This document shows positions 43,286 through 53,780 of a stretch of 64,000 nt of DNA, piece after piece. Location: assembly GCA_977017575.1 (NCBI GenBank), contig CDRNVI010000007.1, positions 186,001 to 250,000 of the forward strand, written 5' to 3'. The stretch comes from Paramoeba atlantica. Its lineage: Eukaryota > Protista > Discosea. How positions within the stretch are numbered: the stretch's first letter is position 1; each line of letters starts with the position of its first letter. The notes beneath the pieces were generated by a model that was not told the origin of the DNA, did not search any database, and saw only the letters and a program-made list of their open reading frames with translations. A program made the translations under genes and the position numbers.

Positions 43286-46200
43286 CTATGCCGCTATGGG
43301 AGCCCGTCGTTGCACGGATTCGGAAAGGTGTCGCTCGTATTCACTCTCAATGAACCGCCGTGTCGCCACACGGTCTTCTCGTCGGTCGTACAGTTCAACT
43401 ACTGGTTGGACGTGTCCCGTTGAGCGCTTGTGCAGTTCCCTGCGGATGCGGTGTCTTAAAGCCTGTTGCACAGCCGGGTCACGAGATTTCTGCATTTGCT
43501 CGACCAGTGTACTCGTGCAGAGTATCCACAGCTTTGAGAAACTAGTTAAGGCCCACCACCGCTCAGAATAGAGAAGTTCGCTGGTTGCAGTTTTGGCCAT
43601 ATTCACCCATTTCCGAATGTGTGTAGTCGCAAGCTTTTGCAGCCGCAGGATGAAATTCAGTGTGATTCCCGGATTTACCGTCAGAACGTAGCGTAGACGG
43701 GAAATAATGACGTTATTGTAGACCCAGAGGCAGGCGGGCGTATCCATGGCACTTTCAGATACGTTGGTAAGCCAGTGGCGTAGTTGTGTACGGAGACTCT
43801 TGAACAACACTTTCCCTTGTTGGGCTCCAGGCGCTAGCGTCAGAAACTGGCTGCCTTTGTCCTGGCCCAGAAACTGGCTGCCTTTGTCGCAAACGTGGGG
43901 TATGCTTTCGCCGCCGGCACGGATGCGCGGTCTGTGGGTTTTGTATCCTCCATCCGCTACAGCCATATACTGAAGCCGACATTTCTGTACATTTAGCCGC
44001 ATGCCTAATCTGGCGAGCACCTTTACCAGGGCGTTAGTAACATGCTGCATTTCTTCGGGTGATTTGGTAATGACGGCAAGGTCGTCCGCAAACGCCTTAA
44101 GGAATGATTCTTGCCCGCCCCATGTGATGCCATATCCTGGAAAGCTGGATCGAAGGTACCTTAAAACTACCTCCATCGCAAGGTTGAATAGCACAGGAGA
44201 TAGGGTGTCGCCTTGAAGAACGCCTCGTTCAACGGGAATGTGGTTAGTCAACCCCTCAGCACACTTGACTCGGAGAGAAGCACTGGTATAGAGGGAGTGA
44301 ACATATTCGATGATAATCGGCGACACCTTTGCCCATTGTAATACTTGGAAGAGGATCGAGTGTGGAAGAGAACCAAAGGCGTTTTTCAGGTCGAATTGAC
44401 CCAAGCAGTATTGCCGTTTGTGCTGCCTCTGAAAATCCAGCAGTTCACAAAGCGCTTGCGTGTGTTCGATGGTTCCATTGACATTGGGGAGAAAGCCTTT
44501 TTGTATGGTCGTGTCGATGATCCCTGTGCTGACAGCGTGACTCAGAAGTTTGTGTCCTATGATTGAGTGGAGTAGCTTCCCCAGACAGCTGGTCAGGCTG
44601 ATAGGGCGCCAGTTCGACAGTTTATCCGTAGCCCCCCCTTTGTGGATGAGTCGAGTCACCGCTTGTTTCCAGTGGGTTGGACCTACGGAGTGTTTGAGTA
44701 GGTCGTTGAATACTTGGGCGATGAAGGGGTACAGCTCAGTGCAGCGTCGGAGGAAGGCGTTACTTATGGTGTCAGGACCTGGTGCAGCGGACGGTCGCTT
44801 GGAGGAGATAGCCGCGGCTATGGTTTGCACGTCAATATCTTCCCACTTCATTTCGCTTTCGTTTCCAGCGCCAAGAAGATCAGTGGGGGGTAGAGTGTGG
44901 GTTTCGTTGCCAATGCTTAGTGTGTCCTTGAAGAACGTTTCAATAACTGCCTGTGGACAATTCGGGAAAATCGTTGGCTGTTTTCGCATCTTCTCGTTAT
45001 TGTCGAGGCATTCCCCTCCTGCGGTCCAGGGGTTCCGTTGAAATCTGTCCGTCACCCATCTTTTCTCCCTTTCACGTCGCAGGAGATTTGCTTCTTCTGT
45101 GTAGAGGTTGCGGGCTTTCGTGGCTTCTTTTATGTTGCGTATCAGGCGATCTCTTTCCGAGCGGCCGTGTGTGTAAGAGAGGGTACGTTTTAATTGGCGG
45201 ATATGTCCAGAAAGTTCCTTTGCTGAGCGATCGTAGCTGAGAGGTCGTGAAGCACGTTTGGTGTGGCCAGTCGTCGAACGCAGCTTGAATCCTTTCGTTG
45301 GGTCAGCCTCCCGCGCGATTTCATAAGCCGAGACTGCTATGCAGGCAGTTAACAAATCGGCATGTCGCAGTGCTTCAGTTGGGGTTGCAGCTGGTTTAAG
45401 GTATTTCTCACATCGTTCGAACGACTTCTTGATTGCGCGTTGCCATTGCTCATGAGAAAGACTAGCCATTACTCGCCCTCCTTCAATCGTACGCAAGGTA
45501 CTCAGCAAGTCTTCCGCAGTTTCTGGGCTTCCTGAACGATCGTTGCACGTTCTCATCCGTTGTGATTGCAGAATCGTGCGTACATTCGGTATACTATTTG
45601 GTTGCGTGTCATGATGTGGTAAATCCTGCTGTGTTGTACCCTGCACCTGTGTCTCGGTTTCTTCAATCACATCTATTCGGGCCTGTGTGTGATGTGCGGT
45701 CGTTTCGGCTTGCTGTTGGTCCTGTGGCATGTTCCTGTGCGTCTCGGGGTAACGTTGCGCTGCGGATCCGGTTGCATGGCCATCCCTTGTGCGTGCAGGG
45801 GCTGTGTTTTCGTTGGTACGCGTGCTCCCTGTGGTGAAGCCCCATGAAAGAAGATTGCGCAGGCTCCAGCGACTCGAGCCCGATCGGGTATCTTTAACTG
45901 GGCTTTGGACACCTTCCTTACAACACTTGTGCTTACATTCTTCCTTGTTGTGGCACAGGTGTTTGTAGGGTTTGTGCGAGGATTTTTCCCCCTCCGGTAC
46001 CGTAGATGTGTCAGAAATTTTCCTTGCAGATGTTGGCTGTATGTGCTGCGCGTGCAGATCACGAGTGGAGGCAACATAGGTTTCATTATGTGGAATTCCA
46101 GGTCTACTGGGGTCGGTGGGTGTGGAACTATCGACCAGCACGCCAACTTTGCAACATCCATGTTTGCAATTCTGTTTGTCCCGACAGACATGCTTGCATG

Positions 46201-47416
46201 GCCGCCTTGTTGTGCTGTACATAGTCTGGTGTGGCTCATCTCGTAGTTGTGTCGAGTGGGTGTGGGGACTCTGAATCGTTCCCGTGGGTCGGTGCGTGCC
46301 TGCTTGAGAGGCCGGATCACATTCACCGCCTATTTTGCAACATGGGTGAAGGCATGTTAGTTTGTTTAGACAACGATACGCGCAGGGCTGTGAAAGCGTA
46401 TACCCAGGTCTGGAGGCTGTTTGCTGCACTGCTACTAGAGCAGTAGGAGCCGCTTCAACGAGCTGACGAGCATTCAGATCGGAGGCAGGGTCGGTAATAG
46501 GCTCGGGTTCAATGCCCACTTTACAGCACGGATGTAGACATGTTCGTTTGCTTAGGCATCGGTGTGCGCACGGCTGCGAACGCGTGGACTCAGGTCGTCT
46601 GCACGCTGTTGAATGTGGCGAAGCGTCAACCATGGAACCTGCTTCACCGAGCTGGCGCGCGTTCGGATCGGAGGCAGGGTCGGGAATGGGTTCGGATTCA
46701 ATGCCCACTTTACAGCATGGATGGAGACATGTTAGTTTGTTTAGGCATCGGTGCGCGCACGGCTGCGTACGTAACGACCGTGTTCCTCGAGAATCATTCG
46801 GTTGCCTCGGCGCGCGAATTGCGAGTGGCTCATCATACGAGATCTTGGGATTTTCCCAAGGGATTTCGTCGGACGTCTGTTCCCTCTGCGATACGTGGGT
46901 TATGTCGAAGGATGCCAATCCTGGGATATCGTGACCAGCCAGTTTCTTCTTAATCGCCCTACCGAGTGTGCCAGGGCAAGAGTATTGTTGGCTGAGATTC
47001 AGGACTTCGTCTGCGTGCGCCGCGGTCCAGCTGGCGTGTCGAAAAATGCGGTGGGGCGGCGCAATTTCTTTGAACACAAAGTGTTCACAAGCTTCTTCGT
47101 CCATCACTTCTTGTAAGGTACATTTCTCGATTAGATTACCATCGGTTCTCTTCGCTCCAGTATCCAAAGTGCGTGCCAAGGAAAGCTCCGCTGTGATTTC
47201 TGTATTAAAGTGTTTCTTTTCAGTAAGGAAGGAGGCCGCCGCGTGAATATCGGAGAAGTATATCCAAAGCGAGGAAGTCGAGTGTCTGATTTTAATCGGT
47301 ATTGCGCGCTGCTGAGTGAAGTGGAAGCTGTGCTTACGCGATGATTTTGCGCCAGCAGATCCTCGAGGGAGGTCGCCTTGCGCTTGGGGGGCAGAGGTGG
47401 AGGGGGGAAGTGCCAT
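43286..47416 (-). CDS. Retrotransposon ORF: five Mer3/HFM1-like zinc-finger repeats plus reverse transcriptase
   Basis: PCAHRCLNKLTCLHPCCKVG-type repeats; APGPD, NWRPISL, QKGF, DLKNAFGS, GVLQGDTLSP and AFADD motifs. Confidence 0.92.
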   Translation of the reverse strand: MALPPSTSAPQAQGDLPRGSAGAKSSRKHSFHFTQQRAIPIKIRHSTSSLWIYFSDIHAAASFLTEKKHFNTEITAELSLARTLDTGAKRTDGNLIEKCTLQEVMDEEACEHFVFKEIAPPHRIFRHASWTAAHADEVLNLSQQYSCPGTLGRAIKKKLAGHDIPGLASFDITHVSQREQTSDEIPWENPKISYDEPLAIRAPRQPNDSRGTRSLRTQPCAHRCLNKLTCLHPCCKVGIESEPIPDPASDPNARQLGEAGSMVDASPHSTACRRPESTRSQPCAHRCLSKRTCLHPCCKVGIEPEPITDPASDLNARQLVEAAPTALVAVQQTASRPGYTLSQPCAYRCLNKLTCLHPCCKIGGECDPASQAGTHRPTGTIQSPHTHSTQLRDEPHQTMYSTTRRPCKHVCRDKQNCKHGCCKVGVLVDSSTPTDPSRPGIPHNETYVASTRDLHAQHIQPTSARKISDTSTVPEGEKSSHKPYKHLCHNKEECKHKCCKEGVQSPVKDTRSGSSRWSLRNLLSWGFTTGSTRTNENTAPARTRDGHATGSAAQRYPETHRNMPQDQQQAETTAHHTQARIDVIEETETQVQGTTQQDLPHHDTQPNSIPNVRTILQSQRMRTCNDRSGSPETAEDLLSTLRTIEGGRVMASLSHEQWQRAIKKSFERCEKYLKPAATPTEALRHADLLTACIAVSAYEIAREADPTKGFKLRSTTGHTKRASRPLSYDRSAKELSGHIRQLKRTLSYTHGRSERDRLIRNIKEATKARNLYTEEANLLRREREKRWVTDRFQRNPWTAGGECLDNNEKMRKQPTIFPNCPQAVIETFFKDTLSIGNETHTLPPTDLLGAGNESEMKWEDIDVQTIAAAISSKRPSAAPGPDTISNAFLRRCTELYPFIAQVFNDLLKHSVGPTHWKQAVTRLIHKGGATDKLSNWRPISLTSCLGKLLHSIIGHKLLSHAVSTGIIDTTIQKGFLPNVNGTIEHTQALCELLDFQRQHKRQYCLGQFDLKNAFGSLPHSILFQVLQWAKVSPIIIEYVHSLYTSASLRVKCAEGLTNHIPVERGVLQGDTLSPVLFNLAMEVVLRYLRSSFPGYGITWGGQESFLKAFADDLAVITKSPEEMQHVTNALVKVLARLGMRLNVQKCRLQYMAVADGGYKTHRPRIRAGGESIPHVCDKGSQFLGQDKGSQFLTLAPGAQQGKVLFKSLRTQLRHWLTNVSESAMDTPACLWVYNNVIISRLRYVLTVNPGITLNFILRLQKLATTHIRKWVNMAKTATSELLYSERWWALTSFSKLWILCTSTLVEQMQKSRDPAVQQALRHRIRRELHKRSTGHVQPVVELYDRREDRVATRRFIESEYERHLSESVQRRAPIAA

Positions 47417-47952
47417 GCCCCAGTAGGGGAGGATAACAGTTAGTACAAATGATGAAATAATTCAACAAGGTACAGAAACTTTAGTCCACTAGGATAAAGT
47501 ACCAATGTAATATTCTCATAACTTTCTACAGTTATTATGAGTTGTTGAAGTAAAGCATAAAGAAGAATAGCATAACTTTTGCTTTGTAAATGCAAAAGTA
47601 GCCGTATCATTCCACCCCGTTAAAAGGAAGCATATATAAAAAGGAAGCATTCAGTCAGAATAGCTCAGTCCCTGTGAGCAGTATACTACTCTACATGTGT
47701 ATTTCCATACGTTTTTGAAAACGTTAAGCAGTTCGATCATTTTGAAGAATAAGCAATGCAGCAAATTTGTAGTAAAAATCTGCGCACATACATGTATTAA
47801 TATGTAACAGCATTTCAGAAGTAAAGCACATTGAGTATTTTCTCCGCTAAGCACAAGTTTCTTTCTCTATGCGTAAAAAGAAATGTTAAGCAAATATCCA
47901 TTTCGAAAGCACATTCGAGCCTCTAAAGCTACTATTTCAAAAAGTGGGAAGT

Positions 47953-49077
47953 CTATTCACGACCGCGCTGGTACCCCGGCTTTTTACTAGGGGTTTTCAT
48001 TTTGAGACGAACCTGTTCGTCGATCAATCGACCATTCTTCAGCTCATGACCGCGTATCCCGCGATGCTTGCATGAACCACGTGGTGCATTGGGATACAGC
48101 GGCTGTATACAGCCACGTTTTCCAGTTACGCCCCCGTATGGCAGGCGAACGGGGCTTATGTCCCGAACCTGACGTACTTTTACGAGGACCAATCAACTTC
48201 TTACACAACAATATTCTTATTTCCGCGATCCTTGGAGTCGTCGAGCATAAGCTGCTCGAGAGTTTCCGTGTCCACCTGCGCCGCGTCGTGCGTGAGGCGA
48301 TGGGAGAGGAGTTCGGCCTCTACCTTGCACAGTATGGTCCATAAGGAGATGCGGACCGCCTCGTTTTTAACGCCAGGTATCGGCGTCCCCGCTGCGAGCT
48401 CGGTTAGCACCCGGGCGCAGTTGACCGTCTCAGGCCAAGGCTGTCACGGACCTTCTTGGTCGCTGCTGTCAGCCACGGTTCGGAGCTAAAACCCGACTGC
48501 GTCAAGCAGTCAAGAAGCGGGTCATCGCGCGTACCGATGATGTCACGGAACGCCCCACGCACATCCTTGTGGTTCTTTTCTTCAGTTGGTACATCTTCAG
48601 TACGTGACGTAGCTTCAGTACCGACAAGACTGCGCTTCACCACCGACAAGAAGGCTTCACGCAACTCCTTTGCATTGTGTTCCCCGCGATTAGCAGTCTT
48701 TCGGTCTTGATGCTCTTGGTCTGTTCTCCCGCGGTCAAGCTTCCTTCCAGTAAACTGTGTTCGTCTCGCAGAGCGACTAATACAGAGTTCGGTATATCTG
48801 GCGAGAAAAAAGCACCGCGGATCAGCGCACTCAACGCTTTGCGAATAGCAAGGATACCACGCGCTGTAGCTCCAGACGCGGCACTTGCAGCCGCGATTTC
48901 CAAGAGCGGTTCGGTCGTTATTTTTGTTCTTATGAACTCCGTGGCTTGCGGGAGTAGCTGGAGAAGGTCCTCCCGAACAGTCACTCCCAAGCGCTTTAGG
49001 GAACATACTCCGCGAAAGGCAGACTCAAGAGATGCAGCTGTGTTGTCTGGTTTAAGTTCGGGAAGAGCTTCGCCCAT
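47953..49077 (-). pseudogene. Frameshifted gag-like ORF with a decayed CCHC zinc knuckle
   Basis: Overlapping ORF pieces end in CKH[R]GIRGHELKN[G], which fits CX2CX4HX4C with two single-base Cys losses (CGC, GGT). Confidence 0.45.
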
Positions 49078-49322
49078 AAGATAAGGTTAACAGATGGTAT
49101 ATCATTTAACAGATGGTACATACGTATTAGAAGCTACGCATAAGTTCAAGTCTCGCTTTTGTAGACGTATATACAGTAGAAGTCGAGATGCTCATGTGAT
49201 TATTGTGTAACAGTATGAAACGTTTTGTTAACGTTCTAAATTATAGGCTTCTGAAACGTTTTTCTCACATTGGAGATACCAGTATCTAGTTTGGATCTTT
49301 TAACATTCCGGAAGGCATGTTT

Positions 49323-49460
49323 TAAGGAGTCTTTGCTCCACGCGCCCCGTGGCGCACCTTCTTCGCTCGTATTCAGTGAGAGGCATATTCTAAGGAGTCT
49401 GTGCTCCACGCGCTCCGTGGAGCACCTTCTTCACTCCTATTCAGTGAGTGAGGCATATTC
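49323..49460. repeat. Two-copy tandem repeat of about 69 bp with an internal hairpin
   Basis: taaggagtct(t/g)tgctccacgcgc(c/t)ccgtgg(c/a)gcaccttc...gaggcatattc occurs twice. Confidence 0.85.
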
Positions 49461-49606
49461 CGAGGATTCTCCGCTGTACACGCCCGGTAAAAATTCAACG
49501 TATAGCAAAAAAGGAAGACGTATCGCGCATGCGCTGCGTCACCAGGACTCACATCCGACCTTTGCCCGTTGCAGGAAGTGCGCGTGACTGCCCGGAGCCG
49601 GTACTA

Positions 49607-50235
49607 GTCAAGCACTACTTCCTATTACGAGCCGCGGTCTCATTTAACCCTGCAGGGACTAAGACCTATGGTCGGGCACCCCCCCTCCTCCTTTTTCTTT
49701 TACGAATTACATGTTGCGCACTATACATAGTGACCTACTATACATACACCTACTATACCTACTATACATACTATGTATGTAGGTGTCCAAGGATTATCGT
49801 TTATATGAGATTATGTACGTGTATCCATATAAACCCCTGATTCATAAATCGTCCCTAATGTTAAAGTGGTAAAATATTTTTTTATTTTCTTAGTTTTCAT
49901 GAGCTAAAAACAGCGGGAATGTACAGTTCTAAAAATTTTGAACGAAGACATGGTATGATAACCCTACCATGTCCCTTCATGCAAAAAATAAGGGGGGGGG
50001 CGCCTTATTGGTGGCCAGGGGTTTATTACTTACATATTATATACTTACATATTACAAACGTATATACCTCTTTAATGGAATTCTGTATTATTAATAATAT
50101 TTATATTGGTACGCTGCGCTGCGTGGCTCTAGGTTCATTCCATCACTATTTCCACAATAATATTGCGGCCCCGGGTTTTGGACCGGAATTGCAGGGTTAA
50201 ATGAGCCCGGCTCGTAATAGGAAGTTCAACTTGAC
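49607..50235. mobile_element. 629-bp MITE, about 47-bp imperfect TIRs, TA TSD
   Basis: TA-GTCAAG...cttcctattacgagcc..ctcatttaaccctgca matches the reverse complement of tgcagggttaaatgag..ggctcgtaataggaag...CTTGAC-TA. Confidence 0.8.
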
Positions 50236-50652
50236 TAAAAAATTGATTATTTTTCCGAATCGTTTTTCCTATTGTATTTTGAGAGTTTGGGACCTCTACT
50301 AGATTTCTACGCCGATGTTTTCGCAAGATACCTCTTCTTGTAGTCGTGGTACGCCTCAAAAAATGACCCATTTTTGACTAAAAAATGCTAAAAAGTAATT
50401 TTCGAAGTGGTCCTTTTGCGTCGGAATAATGGTGTGGTTGGAGTTGCAATCTCGACCCATTACGTTATTCAGGCTTTTATTCATGCCTACCAGTGATTTC
50501 CCACAAGCAAATGTCGGATTTAGTGCTCTGAGGGAGAAAATATGCCCCTGTTTTTACCCGAAAATCGGCTATTTTTGTCTCAAATCCTTCCTGTTTCTTC
50601 CACTTTCGAAGCCAATTTTTCCAGTTTCTTCGGCTTTCCTGGCCAAATTTAC

Positions 50653-50761
50653 TTTTTTAGGCCCTTCGTTAAACGCGGAGGTAGTTTTTAACGCGAAGAG
50701 CGCAGCACGAGTGACTTCTAAGTTGAAAACAACCACCGCGTTTAACGAAGGGCCTAAAAAA
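50653..50761. repeat. About 109-bp foldback (26-bp perfect arms), probably a mini-MITE
   Basis: TTTTTTAGGCCCTTCGTTAAACGCGG ... CCGCGTTTAACGAAGGGCCTAAAAAA. Confidence 0.8.
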
Positions 50762-51539
50762 CTATGCACAGCTGCTTGCGTTGGCCCTTCTCGAAGTCTT
50801 TCTTCGAGCTCTACGTAAGCTTCCCTGCGCGCTTTACGTGTTTGCAAGTCATCACTTTGGACCGCTCCTTCGTTCTGCGAAGGTTCATCAGCTGTATGCT
50901 CATTTTCTGCAATACTATTACGCGATTTGCGTGATCGTCTAGAACGTGCACTAGGCATTAAACTGTAAAGTTATCAATTCCCGGAATTCCAAAAAAAAAT
51001 GAATTGTAAAGTAAATCAATTGCCACCACTAGTCTCACGAAAACAACAAAGTACAAAATACTGATAATGTAGGCAAAATAGTCACAAAATAGCAATCTGA
51101 CGATCTAGTGATACGAGAAAACCACGCCACGCAAAAAACATCCGAATTAGAATGCTGCTAAACATAAGCACGTGTTATTCCTTACTCTGAGTTAACGGTA
51201 AATTACCTAGTTAATTAACTGTTAATTAGTTAATTAACTGCTAGGCTGTGGATGAACTTTTCATCTATTATTAACAATCGACCTTTTAGGCTTGTTTCTT
51301 ACCCTAGTCACCACGAATAACCACACTTTTACGAAACAAAAAGCTCCATGAAAGTTGGTTTTAGCGAATTTTCCTTTAGGGAAGCTGCGAAAAATGAAGG
51401 AAATTAATTTTTATTAATAATAGATGAATGTTAATAAATAAATTTAATAGATGAAATAATACCATTGTTAATAATAGACGAATCCCCCCTTTACAATACA
51501 ACTGTATGTACATACTTATGCACATATGAAATTATTCTA

Positions 51540-52595
51540 ATGGTATTAATGCGGAGCGTTGTCCATGTGTTAGGGTATGAACACCAGAAGCGACCCTCTA
51601 AGATACATAGGGCTGTGCTTGCTCCGGAATTTCATTTGGCCCGTCTCGTGGCAAATCTAACCAATCCACATGTAACTTGGGTAGTAGACAATCCTGCTTG
51701 TAAGTGGGATGGAATCAATGTACTCGAAAGCGGGGAAATTGACGAAATAGAATGGGAACACCGTGCTCTGCAAGGACGTATGAATTTTGCATATCTTCCT
51801 AAAACAGTAAAATGGGTAGATGTAAACAACAATCTTCTTACCGGATCTATAAATCTGGGGCACGAAGCGGAAAAACTTGAAACCATATACCTAGATGACA
51901 ATCGGCTAGATGGAGAACTTGCTCTAGGAGAACTTCCGCGCACTTTACTGAGTCTATGGGGAAGATTTAATCAGTGTCACGGGGAACTCAACTTGATCGC
52001 CTTACCTCCCACAATAATAGATCTTTTGTTAGACTGGAATAGATTTTCCGGTGTCGTATTTTTTGAGTCCTTGCCTTCGACCTTATCACAACTGTTTCTG
52101 GATCATAATATGCTCGAAGGAAACCTTGACTTAAGTGTCCTTCCCAATTCAATGAACATATTATCGCTGCACAATAACTCCTTTACCGGACGGTTAGATT
52201 TTTCACGTGTTCCCTCGTCAATGGAGCAGCTAGCCCTGGCAAGAAATAAATTTGAGGGCGAAGTTGACATCTCTCAGATGCCAGACTCGACCTACTTCGT
52301 ATCCATTTTTGATAATCATGTCACGCTTTACGTTGACAAAGAACGGGTCCCGCACGACCTTAAAAAGATTTGTGTCTATGATCCTCCTAGAAAGAACTTA
52401 AAAATCGGTAGCCTTCCGACACGGTTTGCAAAATGGGACACAGAAAAACATGTGTGGTACGCTTATCGTAAAAACGTTTCCGACCAAATGCCTTTCGAAC
52501 GCAACAAGAAAATTAAACAAACCGATAAATTGGTGTCGAGTGATCGATGGTGGGAATCTCTTGACATCAGTCACTGGGAAAAATTTACTGTGTGA
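51540..52595 (+). CDS. Leucine-rich repeat protein (paralog family of 33826-34494)
   Basis: CKWDGINV...EIEW cap and about 8 LP..L..L.L..N.F.G.LDL repeats. Confidence 0.88.
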   Translation: MVLMRSVVHVLGYEHQKRPSKIHRAVLAPEFHLARLVANLTNPHVTWVVDNPACKWDGINVLESGEIDEIEWEHRALQGRMNFAYLPKTVKWVDVNNNLLTGSINLGHEAEKLETIYLDDNRLDGELALGELPRTLLSLWGRFNQCHGELNLIALPPTIIDLLLDWNRFSGVVFFESLPSTLSQLFLDHNMLEGNLDLSVLPNSMNILSLHNNSFTGRLDFSRVPSSMEQLALARNKFEGEVDISQMPDSTYFVSIFDNHVTLYVDKERVPHDLKKICVYDPPRKNLKIGSLPTRFAKWDTEKHVWYAYRKNVSDQMPFERNKKIKQTDKLVSSDRWWESLDISHWEKFTV

Positions 52596-52822
52596 GAGCA
52601 AAGTTAAAGGAAATAAAAACAAAAGCATGTCAAATATTCTTACATGTATTCTTACATCTTGTATGCTATCGTATGTTATATGTTTACTAATAGAAAATTT
52701 CTATCGTATACAGTTCAGTCATAGAACTCCGAGAGCAATGTACTATAGCCAAAATTTTGTGTTTACCGAGGTATTGGCTATTTTTATAATTTTTAAAATT
52801 ATATTTTGTATACGCGCATGCT

Positions 52823-52998
52823 ATGTCCTCCGAAACGGACCCCACTTTTCACGAAGGTACGAGTTGCTGCATCAACTCGGTAACGGTGCATATGATGTGG
52901 TTTGGAAGACAGTCGATCGTCATACCCGACGTTTGGTAGCGGCAAAGAAGATCTTCGACGCTTTTCAAAACTCTACCGATGCTCAACGCACGTTTCGA
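52823..52998 (+). pseudogene. N-terminal fragment of an ERK7/MAPK15-type MAP kinase
   Basis: MSSETDP(-1 nt)[52 protein letters not shown], which then breaks off. Confidence 0.85.
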
Positions 52999-53181
52999 AG
53001 TAATGTTTCTACCGGGGATCCGAATAACTAAACTTATGTATTTATTATTGAGGGAGATACCGTATCTCCCTCAACCGTATCATACGGTCAGTATCTAACT
53101 CGCTTACTAAGGTTAATTCCGCGATCCCAAAATGGGCATAAAACGAGCACAAAAACAACTTTGTGCATGAAAGGACTCTTT

Positions 53182-53685
53182 CTGCATGAAAGGACAGCTC
53201 GCCACTTTTTCAGGTGGTGGCCAGCTGGCCACTTTTTCAAGAGGTGGTCAGACTGCCACTTTTTCAAGGGGTGGCCAGCTGGCCACTTTTTCAGGTGGTG
53301 GCCAGCTGGCCACTTTTTCAAGGGGTGGTCAGCTGGCCACTTTTTCAAGGTGTGGCCAGCTGGCCACTTTTTCAAGGGGTGGCCAGCTGGCCAGTTTTTC
53401 AGAGGGTGGCCAGGTGGCCACTTTTTCAGAGTGTGGCCAGGTAGCCACTTTTTCGGAGGGTGGCCAGGTGGCCACTTTTTCGGAGGGTGGCCACCTGGCC
53501 ACCTTTTCAAGGGGCGGACAGGTGGCAAGTTTTTCAGAGGGTGGCGAGCTGGCCAGTTTTTCAGAGGGTGGTCAGGTGGCCACTGTTTCTTAGGGTGGCC
53601 AGGTGGTCACTCTTTCAGGAGGTGGCCAGCTGGCCACTGTTTCAGGGGGTGGCCAGCTGACCACTTTGTCAGAAGCCACTTTTTT
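53182..53685. repeat. Second 27-bp palindromic minisatellite array (about 18 units)
   Basis: Same unit as 349-700. It shares the 5' boundary ctgcatgaaagg and an approximately 95-bp 3' flank (attggcattgtttt...agaatccaggtat). Confidence 0.95.
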
Positions 53686-53780
53686 GAAGACTATTGGCAT
53701 TGTTTTATCAATTCTTACTGCGAGAACGCCCACGAATTTTACTGATTGATACGACGAAACTGTTTTTCTAGAATCCAGGT

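Larger units (their letters stand above)
42450..47480 (-). mobile_element. Near full-length RLE-type (R2/NeSL/R4-like) non-LTR retrotransposon
   Basis: Zinc-finger array, RT, CCHC finger and PD-(D/E)xK endonuclease are all in one frame. The 3' UTR has small hairpins. Ends are approximate and no TSD was found. Confidence 0.9.

Noticed and set aside
43277-43291. Genome-wide stop-codon reassignment (Blastocrithidia-type)
   Set aside because: Conserved host genes are uninterrupted and end at TAA, TAG or TGA at the expected positions.
49135-49160. GTTCAAGTC as a tRNA T-loop/B-box
   Set aside because: No acceptor, D or anticodon stems can be formed. No tRNA or rRNA genes were recognised in the window.
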